Assembly: GCA_965371515.1 (NCBI GenBank)
Contig: CBDUYR010000019.1
Location: 1 to 52,757, forward strand
From: an uncultured bacterium
GTDB lineage: Bacteria > Krumholzibacteriota > Krumholzibacteriia > Krumholzibacteriales > Krumholzibacteriaceae
Length of the DNA: 52,757 nucleotides
Direction: 5' to 3'
This document shows positions 38,414 through 47,260 of the stretch, piece by piece (position 1 is the stretch's first letter; the number at the start of each line of letters is the position of its first letter). Made by a program: the position numbers and the translations under genes. Below the pieces are notes generated by a model. It was not told the origin of the DNA. It saw nothing but the letters and a program-made list of their open reading frames with translations, and did not search any database.

Positions 38414-40051
38414 TTGTCGTTCTGGGGAAGAATATTCGGAGTGGAGAAGAACCTCGAGTACGAGCTCGGTATCAGGTACTTCAACGAGGGCAGGTACGAT
38501 GAGGCCGTCGAGGCGCTCGAGAAGGCGATCGAATCTCTCGGTCCCGGCGACCCGACCTATGCCCTCGGGATGTTCTATGCCGCCGAGTCTCACGTACACC
38601 TCGGGACGGCCCGCTTTCACGGGGGCGAACTCGACGCTGCGTTCGAGCATTTCTCGATAGCGGTCAGGGAAAATCCCACGTATCCCGACCTCTACTATCG
38701 CATGGCTGTGATCCACCATAAACGCGGAGAGCTCGACGAGTCGCTGGAGATGCTCGGAAGAGCGATCGGCCTCAACGAGAGTTATTTCGAAGCGGTCTGC
38801 TTTCTCGGTATCGTACTGTACGAGAAAGGAAGAAAGGAAGATGCCGACACCGAGTTCAAACGCGCTCTCAAGATGAGAGCCGACAATCCCTGTCCGATAA
38901 GCAAGTTCCTCAGTGATCATATCGACGGAAGGTCGACCGAGATTCCCCCGCTGGCCAGTCTCAGGGAAATCATGTACACCGATACTGATTTCGATTCCCT
39001 GATGCGGGAGGGAGTAGAGTCGTACAACACAGGCCATTACGAAAGGGCCATGGAGCTCATCAACGAGGCGGCAGGACTACATCCAGAATACGCCGACGTG
39101 CGTTTCAAGCTCGGTCTCTCGATGCTTCGGCACGGAGAACACGAGCAGGCGAGGGTCCAGCTCCTCGAGGCACTGAGGATCAATGAAGAATATACGGAGG
39201 CCCGCTTCTACCTGGGAATCTCGTATCTCGACGAGAGGCTCTACAGGGAAGGACTGCCCCATTTCGAGCAGGCCGTCCTCGAGAAACCTGGATACGCCGA
39301 CCTCCATTGCTATCTCGGCTCGACGTATTTCTGTCTCGGTGAGCTGAAGAAGGCGCGCGCAGTCCTTGAAAAGGCCCTCAAGATCTCCCCCGGCTACGCG
39401 AAGGCCCGGTATTATTACGGACTGCTGCTCTATGCGATGGGAGAGAAGAAGGACGCGGTGGAGTACCTCTCAGGAGGGATCCACGGGCTCGGCAAGCCCG
39501 GCGTTGCAAACGTCAACCTGGCTCTTGTGCATCTCAAGGAGGGAAACCTGGAAGAGGCGATGCAAGTGCTCAAGGAAGTCCTCGAGGAAGGAGGAGAGAG
39601 GGCAGATGTCCTATACTTCCTCGGTGAGGTCTATATGAGGATGGATCGCCCGGCTGAGGCCGAGGATCTCTTCAGGCGATCTATCGAGATCAACCCTTCC
39701 TTTCTTCGGGCGCGCGAGAAGCTCGCCGTGCTCATGGTCCGCAGGGAGGATTACGGGGGTGCTGAGGAGATACTGGGAAAGAACGGTGAAAAATTCGCCG
39801 ATATATACAAGATCATGGGTGATATCAAGTACTTCCGTGGCGAGCTCGACAACGCCGAAGACCTGTACCGCAGAAGCCTGGACGTCAACTCCGAATACAG
39901 CGAGGCCGTGATCTCGCTCGCCCTGACCCTGCGCAAGAAGGGCAAGGAGGAGGAGGCGGGGAAACTGCTCGACAAGATACTCGAGATCGAGCCGGAGAAC
40001 GTCCTCGCGCGCAATCTCGTCGGACGCGGGCCGCTCGACCTCGAGTCATGA
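38414..40051 (+). CDS. tetratricopeptide repeat protein
   Basis: Many TPR units with recurring P.YPD/YAD and Y.EA motifs; no signal peptide seen. Confidence 0.85.
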   Translation: MSFWGRIFGVEKNLEYELGIRYFNEGRYDEAVEALEKAIESLGPGDPTYALGMFYAAESHVHLGTARFHGGELDAAFEHFSIAVRENPTYPDLYYRMAVIHHKRGELDESLEMLGRAIGLNESYFEAVCFLGIVLYEKGRKEDADTEFKRALKMRADNPCPISKFLSDHIDGRSTEIPPLASLREIMYTDTDFDSLMREGVESYNTGHYERAMELINEAAGLHPEYADVRFKLGLSMLRHGEHEQARVQLLEALRINEEYTEARFYLGISYLDERLYREGLPHFEQAVLEKPGYADLHCYLGSTYFCLGELKKARAVLEKALKISPGYAKARYYYGLLLYAMGEKKDAVEYLSGGIHGLGKPGVANVNLALVHLKEGNLEEAMQVLKEVLEEGGERADVLYFLGEVYMRMDRPAEAEDLFRRSIEINPSFLRAREKLAVLMVRREDYGGAEEILGKNGEKFADIYKIMGDIKYFRGELDNAEDLYRRSLDVNSEYSEAVISLALTLRKKGKEEEAGKLLDKILEIEPENVLARNLVGRGPLDLES

Positions 40052-40069
40052 TCGGACTGGAGTGTCCCT

Positions 40070-41590
40070 GTGGCCGATTCCCGGAAATACGCCGGTGAAA
40101 GACCCCTCGAGAAATATCCCGAGCCGCGATCTGGCGCTCCCCTGGCGATAGCGGCATATCCCAACAATTACAGCACCGGGATGTCGAATCTCGGTTTTCA
40201 CTTTATATATTCGTGCCTCGCGGGCAGCGGCAGATTCAGGGTCGAGAGGCGGTTCCTCGACGACCGGCCGGTCTCCGTCACCGCCGACGCGGTATTCTTC
40301 ACCGTCTCGTATGAGGAGGACATCCTCAACCTCGTGAGGATGCTTATCTCGCTCGGCATCGAGCCGTTGCGGGAGAGACGGGGAGACGGGCCTCTGGTGA
40401 TCGCGGGAGGACCGGTTGTTTCATCAAATCCCGTACCTTTCTTTCCACTGGCAGACGTGCTTGCCGCAGGGGAGGGCGAGGGGACTCTGCCAATGATCGT
40501 GGAAGCTGCTGCGGACGAGGGATCAGACAGGATCGCGCTTGCGGCGAGACTTTCGACGGTCGACGGTCTCATCCTGCCGGGATTCAGCGAGCAGACGCGG
40601 ACCGCGCCGCCGGTAGATCCGGAGCTTTTCCAGAATTCCGTTTTCCTCGCTTCCAATACGGTATTCCCCGATATGCTGCTCGTCGAGATCTCGAGAGGAT
40701 GCCCTGGCGCCTGCTCGTTCTGCATGGCCACTTCTATCTACAGGCCGTTCAGGACGATGTCCTTCGAGAGATTCGAATCGGTCCTCGATTCCGCCATCGT
40801 GACTGATGGGGCCTCCACCTTCAGGGTCGGACTGGTAAGCACGGCGGCGGCCGCAAATCCCGATTTCACCCGGATGATGCGGGCCGTGGACGGGAGGGGC
40901 GGGAGTGTCGGGCTGAGCTCACTGAGGGCCGTCGATATCGACGGGGAGAAAGCCAAAGCGATCGGAAGAGCCGGTATCAGGAGCATCAGCCTCGCCCCGG
41001 AGTCGGGGAGCGAGAGGATGCGGCAGAGGCTCGGAAAGAAGGGACCCGATTCGGCATATTTCGATGCGGCCCGGCTGCTCCGCCGGGAGGGCGTCTCGCG
41101 TATTACTCTCTACATGCTCGCCGGGCTTCCAGGTGAAGAGAGGAGTACCTTCGATGAAACCGAGAAGTTCCTCTCGGAGATCGCCGGAGCGGCGAAAGGC
41201 GCGCGCGTGACTGTCAATCTCAACGTCCTCGTCCCGAAGCCTCAGACACCGCTCCAGTTCATGGCGATGCCGGGGCGGAAGGAGATAAGGGAATCGGTCG
41301 ATTCGATGAGGGCGGCATGCTCGAACGCGGGCGTCGGTATCTCCGTCAAGGGACAGCGGTCCTCGATGAACCAGGCGAGGATAGCGCTGGGGGACGAGGC
41401 GGTGGGAAGGGCGGCGGTGAGATTCGCCGCAGGGAGGACCTCATGGAAAAGGGCGCTGAAGGACGAGGGCATGGATCCCGATCTCATCCATTTCGAAAGA
41501 GGCATAGGCGAGATCCTTCCCTGGGAACACGTCTTCGGAGATGGAGGCAGGGATTCGCTGCTGGCACGATACAGGGCGGTTCTCGGCTGA
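40070..41590 (+). CDS. radical SAM protein with B12-binding-like N-terminal region
   Basis: YPN.Y..GMSNLG, GGP...NP, EISRGCPGACSFC (CxxxCxxC), SSLR, APESGSER, PKP.TP.Q. Confidence 0.88.
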   Translation: MADSRKYAGERPLEKYPEPRSGAPLAIAAYPNNYSTGMSNLGFHFIYSCLAGSGRFRVERRFLDDRPVSVTADAVFFTVSYEEDILNLVRMLISLGIEPLRERRGDGPLVIAGGPVVSSNPVPFFPLADVLAAGEGEGTLPMIVEAAADEGSDRIALAARLSTVDGLILPGFSEQTRTAPPVDPELFQNSVFLASNTVFPDMLLVEISRGCPGACSFCMATSIYRPFRTMSFERFESVLDSAIVTDGASTFRVGLVSTAAAANPDFTRMMRAVDGRGGSVGLSSLRAVDIDGEKAKAIGRAGIRSISLAPESGSERMRQRLGKKGPDSAYFDAARLLRREGVSRITLYMLAGLPGEERSTFDETEKFLSEIAGAAKGARVTVNLNVLVPKPQTPLQFMAMPGRKEIRESVDSMRAACSNAGVGISVKGQRSSMNQARIALGDEAVGRAAVRFAAGRTSWKRALKDEGMDPDLIHFERGIGEILPWEHVFGDGGRDSLLARYRAVLG

Positions 41591-41633
41591 AGCACCCCGC
41601 TTTCCGGCATGATTTCTCTATCGATCAAAGCTG

Positions 41634-41662
41634 TTGAGTGAATCCCGATCGATGTATATAAT
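41634..41662 (+). promoter_or_regulatory. putative sigma70 promoter
   Basis: TTGAGT (41634-41639), 17 nt, TATAAT (41657-41662), upstream of the OMP gene. Confidence 0.6.
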
Positions 41663-41710
41663 ACCGACAGAAATCAAGAGGCCTACCGAAACAGGATGGA
41701 AGGAGAAAGC

Positions 41711-42274
41711 ATGAAAAGGGCAGCGGTTCTGGTAATAGCGCTGGTGATACTGACGGCAGGTTACACCGGAGTCTCAGCTCAGAAAGGGACCTACTGGCTG
41801 TCGCTACCGCTAAGCGTGGTCGTACCGACCGGTGACCTTGCCGACGTCGCGAGCACCGGCTGGGGGCTGGGATTCGGGGTCGGTTACTGGATCACCGACG
41901 GCTGGCTGATCGACGGCCAGTTTGCACTTCACAACTTCGGGGAGAAAAAAGTCGCTGACGGAGTCAAGGTAAACGGCGCCATATGGCCGATTGAACTGGG
42001 CGTCGCCTATTACTTCCTGAAGGATAAGAAGTACCGGCCTTACGTGACTTTCCGGACCGGTTACTACAATTTCGAGGGTGATTTCAGGGAGGAGTGGGTG
42101 CTCGGACAGAAGAACAAGCCGGGGAACTCCCTCGGTCTCGGCCTCGCTTTCGTGTCGGGATACGAAGGCAAGGGGATGCTGTTTATCGAACCGAATGTCT
42201 ATGCTATCCACGGCGATGAGACGTACATGTACTGGACGGTCAACTTCGGAGTCTCATGGAATATCGGCGGATAG
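41711..42274 (+). CDS. small outer-membrane beta-barrel protein (OmpA/OmpW-like)
   Basis: Signal peptide ending VSA, alternating aromatic beta-strands and terminal strand VNFGVSWNI. RBS AAGGAG. Confidence 0.75.
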   Translation: MKRAAVLVIALVILTAGYTGVSAQKGTYWLSLPLSVVVPTGDLADVASTGWGLGFGVGYWITDGWLIDGQFALHNFGEKKVADGVKVNGAIWPIELGVAYYFLKDKKYRPYVTFRTGYYNFEGDFREEWVLGQKNKPGNSLGLGLAFVSGYEGKGMLFIEPNVYAIHGDETYMYWTVNFGVSWNIGG

Positions 42275-42309
42275 GCCGCAGATGCGGCCGGGGTAGAGTG
42301 GAAAACGAT

Positions 42310-42342
42310 AACTGGCCGGGAAAGAGCTTTTCCCGGCCAGTT
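42310..42342. terminator. bidirectional terminator-like hairpin between the OMP gene and rpmB
   Basis: Perfect 14-bp inverted repeat AACTGGCCGGGAAA / TTTCCCGGCCAGTT with a 5-nt loop, between convergent genes. Confidence 0.75.
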
Positions 42343-42384
42343 GATATCGATGGAAACAGACCCGTTTCAGAGTGCGCTATGGCT

Positions 42385-42576
42385 CTAGAATACCTTCTTG
42401 GCCGCGCCGCTCTTGATGCACTGCGTGCAGACGTAGGTTTTTTTCGGTTTGCCGTCTATCTCGACACGGATCTTCTGAAGATTCGGCAGCCAGCGGCGGT
42501 TGGTCAGATTATGGGCGTGGCTGACGTTGTGTCCCGTCATCGGCTTTTTCCCGCATATCGCGCAGACTTTGCTCAT
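42385..42576 (-). CDS. rpmB: 50S ribosomal protein L28 (zinc-ribbon form)
   Basis: [10 protein letters not shown]...[16 protein letters not shown]...[19 protein letters not shown]. Confidence 0.96.
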   Translation of the reverse strand: MSKVCAICGKKPMTGHNVSHAHNLTNRRWLPNLQKIRVEIDGKPKKTYVCTQCIKSGAAKKVF

Positions 42577-42608
42577 GATACTCCTCCGCTTTCTGTAAGC
42601 GAGTGTAT

Positions 42609-42637
42609 AATTTAGAGGATAACACCCTCGAAAGCAA
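42609..42637 (-). promoter_or_regulatory. putative sigma70 promoter of rpmB
   Basis: On the minus strand: TTGCTT, 17 nt, TAAATT. Confidence 0.5.
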
Positions 42638-42644
42638 GCGATTT

Positions 42645-44744
42645 ATGAATACTGGAAAGACAGAAGAGAACATCCTCGGGATGAGCAGCCAGTACATCAG
42701 GGGCGTCGGTCCCGCGCGCCAGAAACTGCTGTCCCGGCTGGGGATAGAGAGTGTCGACGACCTGATAAGGCATTATCCGAGGGGATACTATGACCGCCGA
42801 GGCCTCGTATCGATCGGGTCGGCCTCTCCGGGGGAAACGGTGACCGTCAGCGGCGAGATCCTCGCCTCACACTCGAGAAGACTCGGCCCCCGGAGGAGCA
42901 TGCTGACAGTCGCTGTCGACGACGGCACCGGGGCGCTGCAGCTCGTCTTCTTCAATCAGCCCTACCTGGAAAAATATTTTCGCAAGGGTTCGATGGTCAT
43001 CGCGAGCGGGCAGGTCAAGCTCTACAGGAACACGAAGCAGATGGCCGCTCCGGAATGGGAGATCCTCGGAGGCGGAGACGACGAGCAGCTCCTGCACTCC
43101 GGAAGGATCGTGCCGGTCTATCCCCTTACGACAGGGATCTCGCAGAGGATGATGCGGAGGATAGTAAAGGCGGCCCTTGACACCGCCCGGGGGATGATAC
43201 CTGAGAATCTCCCCGGAGGAATCGTTCGCGAAATGGGTTTCGTCGGAAGGGAGGAGGCGCTCGGCCAGATCCACTATCCCGACGACGAGGCGCGCCGCGA
43301 AGAGGCCGTGCGGCGGTTGAAGTTCGAGGAGGTGTTTTTTCTACATCTCCTCATCAGGGAGAGAAGGATCCTTGTCCGGGAGGGAAGGAAACGGCCCGGG
43401 ATCGAGCCTCCCCACATCCTTGCGCACCGCTTCCTCGAGAACCTCCCGTTCGGCCTGACGGGCGCACAGAAGAGAGTCCTGAAGGAGATAAGAGCGGACG
43501 TCGAGAGCGAAAAGGGGCTCTCGAGGCTCCTCCAGGGCGATGTCGGTTCGGGAAAGACCGTCGTAGGGATCGCCTCGATGCTCCTCGCAGTCGGAGCCGG
43601 GCACCAGGCGGCGATGATGGCTCCCACCGAGATCCTCGCCCAGCAGCACAAGATGAAGATCGAGAAATATCTCGCTGGGCTCGATGTCACGACCGCCCTG
43701 CTGATCGGTTCGATGAGGCAGGCCGAGAAGAAAGCCGTCAATAAACGGCTCGCCTCGGGAGAGATCGATCTTGTCGTGGGGACCCACGCCCTGATACAGG
43801 AATCGATATCTTTCAGGCAGCTCGGCCTCGCCGTTATAGACGAGCAGCACCGCTTTGGAGTGAGGCAGCGTGCGAGCCTCGGCTCGGGAGACATGCTCCC
43901 CCATTTTCTCGTCATGACGGCGACTCCTATACCGAGGAGTCTCGCACAGACGGTCTACGGCGACCTCGACCTGTCAATGATAGACGAGATGCCGTTCGGA
44001 AAACGGAAAGTAAGGACCGAGCTCGTGCATCCCGCGGGAACGGAGGCGGTCTATGAATCGGTCCGGGCCGAGATGAGGGAGGGGAGGCAGGCGTTCATCC
44101 TCTATCCTCTCGTCGAGGAGAGCGAGAGCATGGAGCTCAAGGCGGCGACGGAGGAGTTCGAGCGCCTCTCGGCCGAGGAATTTTCCGGTTTCCCGATAGG
44201 TCTCCTTCATGGCAGGATGAGTTTCGAGGAGAAAATGCGTGCCATATCGATGTTTCGCAGCGGAGAGATACTCGGACTCGTCACGACCACGGTGATCGAG
44301 GTCGGGGTCGACATGCCCAACGCGTCTGTGTTGCTGATCAACCATCCCGAGCGGTTCGGCCTGGCTCAACTCCACCAGCTGCGCGGGAGGATAGGAAGGA
44401 GCGGGTCCGGCGGGGCCTGCTATCTTCTGGTGGACGAGGACGCCGCCGGGAGGGCGCGGACGCGCCTCGAGATGTTTGCCTCGATCGATGACGGGTTCCG
44501 TGTGGCCGAGATAGATCTCGAGATGCGCGGACCGGGCGAGGTCTGGGGAACGAGGCAGTCGGGGTATCCTTCGTTCAGGCTGATTAATCCTCTGAGCGAC
44601 AACGACCTTGTCCAGCGCTCGTGGGAGGAGAGCGAAAATCTGCTCTCGGCCGATCCGGGGCTTGAAACACCTGAAAACAGGGTTGTTGCCGATTATTTCC
44701 GGCGGTATTATAAGGGCAGGATGGAACTGGCTGATATAGGCTGA
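42645..44744 (+). CDS. recG: ATP-dependent DNA helicase RecG
   Basis: GVGP, wedge domain, QGDVGSGKT, DEQHRFG, MTATPIPR, QLHQLRGRIGR, DL.MRGPGE..GT.QSG. Confidence 0.97.
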   Translation: MNTGKTEENILGMSSQYIRGVGPARQKLLSRLGIESVDDLIRHYPRGYYDRRGLVSIGSASPGETVTVSGEILASHSRRLGPRRSMLTVAVDDGTGALQLVFFNQPYLEKYFRKGSMVIASGQVKLYRNTKQMAAPEWEILGGGDDEQLLHSGRIVPVYPLTTGISQRMMRRIVKAALDTARGMIPENLPGGIVREMGFVGREEALGQIHYPDDEARREEAVRRLKFEEVFFLHLLIRERRILVREGRKRPGIEPPHILAHRFLENLPFGLTGAQKRVLKEIRADVESEKGLSRLLQGDVGSGKTVVGIASMLLAVGAGHQAAMMAPTEILAQQHKMKIEKYLAGLDVTTALLIGSMRQAEKKAVNKRLASGEIDLVVGTHALIQESISFRQLGLAVIDEQHRFGVRQRASLGSGDMLPHFLVMTATPIPRSLAQTVYGDLDLSMIDEMPFGKRKVRTELVHPAGTEAVYESVRAEMREGRQAFILYPLVEESESMELKAATEEFERLSAEEFSGFPIGLLHGRMSFEEKMRAISMFRSGEILGLVTTTVIEVGVDMPNASVLLINHPERFGLAQLHQLRGRIGRSGSGGACYLLVDEDAAGRARTRLEMFASIDDGFRVAEIDLEMRGPGEVWGTRQSGYPSFRLINPLSDNDLVQRSWEESENLLSADPGLETPENRVVADYFRRYYKGRMELADIG

Positions 44745-44774
44745 CGGCGGGGCGGCAGTACGGAAGGAGACGAT

Positions 44775-45323
44775 TTGATCACTCGCGAAGAAGCTCTGGA
44801 GATGGTGAACACGCACCTCGAGAAGAAGAACCTCGTCAAGCACGTACTCGCCGTAGAGGCCATAATGCGTGCTCTCGCTGAGCGTTACGGCGGCGATCCC
44901 GAGGTCTGGGGGATGGCCGGGCTGCTTCACGACCTCGACTACGAGCGGACTTTCGAGGATCCCGACAATCACGGGCGCGTGACGATGGACCTGATCGAGG
45001 GTGTTGACGTTCCGGAAGAGGTGCGACACGCCATTCTGGCCCACTGCGACAAGGCCGGACGCGACTCGGACATGGACAGGGCGATATACGCCGCGGATCC
45101 TGTTACTGGCTTGATTGTTGCTTCAGCCCTGATGCACCCCTCGAAGAGCCTGCTGGAGATGGACGCCGAATTCGTGGGGAAGCGTTTCAAGGAAAAGAGG
45201 TTTGCCGCAGGCGCAAACCGTGAGGCGATTACAAGTTGTAGTGAGCTGGGTCTTGATCTGCACGAATTTCTCGAGATATCCCTCGTCGCGATGAGGTCGA
45301 TATCAAAGGAACTCGGACTCTGA
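44775..45323 (+). CDS. HDIG/HD-domain metal-dependent hydrolase
   Basis: KH.LAVEA.MR, GLLHDLDYE, AI.AH, D..TGLI, K.K.FA.G..R. TTG start after AAGGAG. Confidence 0.88.
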   Translation: MITREEALEMVNTHLEKKNLVKHVLAVEAIMRALAERYGGDPEVWGMAGLLHDLDYERTFEDPDNHGRVTMDLIEGVDVPEEVRHAILAHCDKAGRDSDMDRAIYAADPVTGLIVASALMHPSKSLLEMDAEFVGKRFKEKRFAAGANREAITSCSELGLDLHEFLEISLVAMRSISKELGL

Positions 45324-45373
45324 AGGACCGATCGGGCAGCCGGCTCGGTGCAAGGGATGGAGGATCGGTCGAG

Positions 45374-45973
45374 ATGATCGTCACCTGTGATGGATGCCAG
45401 ACGAAATACAAGCTCGGGGACGAGAAGGTGCCTGCAGCGGGAATCAGGGTCAGCTGCCCCAAGTGCCGGTTCGTATGGAGACTGACCCAGGCTCCGGTGA
45501 CCAGCGACCCAACGATAGAGATAACGACCAACGAGTACTCGACGGGTGTTCCGCTCGCCGAAACGCCGGCGGGAGGATGGAGCGCTCCCGAACAGAAAAG
45601 GGTGGCCGCTGTCATGACGCAGTCCGAACCCGACGTCATGAACGAAGAGGTTGAGATAACGGGAATGGAGGCGGCTGCGACAGATTCCCAGACAGCCGTA
45701 GAGGAAACAGTCGAGGAGACACCGGAGATGAAGAAGAAGCGCGAGAGGGCAAAAAGGCTTGCACGCGTATACGTAAGTGATATCCTCGTTTACAATCAGG
45801 AGAAGAGAGACCGCGGACTCGCCGACGGTGATCTGATGACTGTGCTTGGTTCCGAGATCAAGAAGGCCTGGGAGGCCTATAAAGAGAAGATCGGTTCTGA
45901 AGTGACCGAGTCGAGCGTGTATTTCCGTACGGCACTCAATGAGATACTCGCCGACGGGCAGCAGGTATTCTGA
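45374..45973 (+). CDS. MJ0042-type zinc-ribbon protein with acidic linker and RomX-like C-terminal domain
   Basis: C.GC.TKY.L....P..G..V.CPKC zinc finger. C-terminus AKRLAR..VSDI..YNQEK...G...G.L...L..EI......YK......YF..ALNEIL. Confidence 0.75.
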   Translation: MIVTCDGCQTKYKLGDEKVPAAGIRVSCPKCRFVWRLTQAPVTSDPTIEITTNEYSTGVPLAETPAGGWSAPEQKRVAAVMTQSEPDVMNEEVEITGMEAAATDSQTAVEETVEETPEMKKKRERAKRLARVYVSDILVYNQEKRDRGLADGDLMTVLGSEIKKAWEAYKEKIGSEVTESSVYFRTALNEILADGQQVF

Positions 45974-45989
45974 CAATACCCGGGCGGAT

Positions 45990-46805
45990 GTGAATAATCT
46001 TTCTTTGTATATCCTAAATCTGCAGCCAGCGCTGCATGACCAGTTCTTTGCCGAGGCACGCCTTTCCGAGGATGTCGAGATAAAGTTCTACAAGACCTAT
46101 CCCCGGTACCTCAAGGGACTGCAGTCGGTGAAGGAGGGCAGTCCGAACCTCCTTCTCTTCCTCCCCTCGGGCAAGCTCGACCCGGGCAAGACTAGACAGC
46201 TCCGCCTTACAATGATCGAATCGCCGATGTACATCGTAACGGGCGAATGCGATGAGAGAGCCTACCTCACATACATCTCGATGGGAATCGACGGTATCAT
46301 CACCCCGCCTTTCAGCAGGGCCGACGTGGAGGGCGTGCTGCGCAGCCGTGCAGACCACGCGATCCCATTCCCGCGTAATAACGAGCTGATCAGGGAGGGT
46401 CAGATAAGGCTCGATTTCCTCGTTCCGAGCAAGCTCTCGCGTATACTCGGCGTGAATCGCCTTATCTCGTTTCTCTCGGCGGAGTTCGGTTTTCCGCCCG
46501 AAGAGAGCCGCGTCAATCTCCCCATGGTTGTCGACGAGGCGCTCAGCAACGCTATAGTCCACGGAAACCGGTCGGACGAGAACCTGAAGGTACACGTCCG
46601 CATCTATATCAGCAGCAGCCGCATACGCATTCAGATCGAGGATCAGGGAGAGGGATTCATCCCCGAGGATGTGGAGAACCCGACCGAGCAGGAAAACATC
46701 TACAAGGGTTCTGGACGGGGGATCTATCTGCTCAAGGAACTGATGGATTCGGTCGTGTTCAAAAAGGGCGGAAGGCTGATCGAACTCGAGAAACTCAACG
46801 ACTGA
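45990..46805 (+). CDS. RsbW-like anti-sigma/Ser kinase (HATPase_c_2) with degenerate receiver-like N-terminus
   Basis: DEALSNAIVHGN (N box), DQGEGF (G1), SGRGIYL (G2). N-terminal P..IVTG...G.DG.I..PF pattern is REC-like. GTG 45990 chosen as start. Confidence 0.8.
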   Translation: MNNLSLYILNLQPALHDQFFAEARLSEDVEIKFYKTYPRYLKGLQSVKEGSPNLLLFLPSGKLDPGKTRQLRLTMIESPMYIVTGECDERAYLTYISMGIDGIITPPFSRADVEGVLRSRADHAIPFPRNNELIREGQIRLDFLVPSKLSRILGVNRLISFLSAEFGFPPEESRVNLPMVVDEALSNAIVHGNRSDENLKVHVRIYISSSRIRIQIEDQGEGFIPEDVENPTEQENIYKGSGRGIYLLKELMDSVVFKKGGRLIELEKLND

Positions 46806-46808
46806 CCT

Positions 46809-47249
46809 TTATTTCTCTCCCCATTTCTCGCTCGCGATCTTGTCGAGGAGATTGTCTATCTGTCCTCGGATACGCTCTTTCTGATCTGGCTCGAAGAGGA
46901 CCTTCTTGACGCGGCCCTTGTCGTCCTTCTTGACATAACGGAGGGCCTTGATGTTCTCCATCGGGATGAGGATGTCCTTGCTGACGCGGACCTCTATCGA
47001 CCTTTCGTCGAGGTTCCTGTCGGGATTGTTGAAAGGGTGCATTCCGATGCCCCAGCCGTGCACGAACATCGAGCATATTATCGCCCGGAAGGTGTTCTGC
47101 CGCTGTACCGTATCGAGATCGAAGGTATCCTGGAACTTGTCCATCATCCCGTTTATCACGCCGTTGAGCCTGGAGAAAACCTCATCTTCAGGTTCCATGT
47201 TTACCAAGCGGTGAAAGACTTCCCTGAGGATCTTCTCTGTGATCTCCAT
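46809..47249 (-). CDS. hypothetical protein
   Basis: Globular-looking 146-aa ORF with RBS GGGAG, 11 nt downstream of the MFS gene. No family recognised. Confidence 0.7.
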   Translation of the reverse strand: MEITEKILREVFHRLVNMEPEDEVFSRLNGVINGMMDKFQDTFDLDTVQRQNTFRAIICSMFVHGWGIGMHPFNNPDRNLDERSIEVRVSKDILIPMENIKALRYVKKDDKGRVKKVLFEPDQKERIRGQIDNLLDKIASEKWGEK

Positions 47250-47260
47250 TACAACTCCCG

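Noticed and set aside
45990..46805. Calling the pseudo-receiver protein RomR
   Set aside because: Its C-terminus is a HATPase domain, not the Pro-rich linker and helical tail of RomR.
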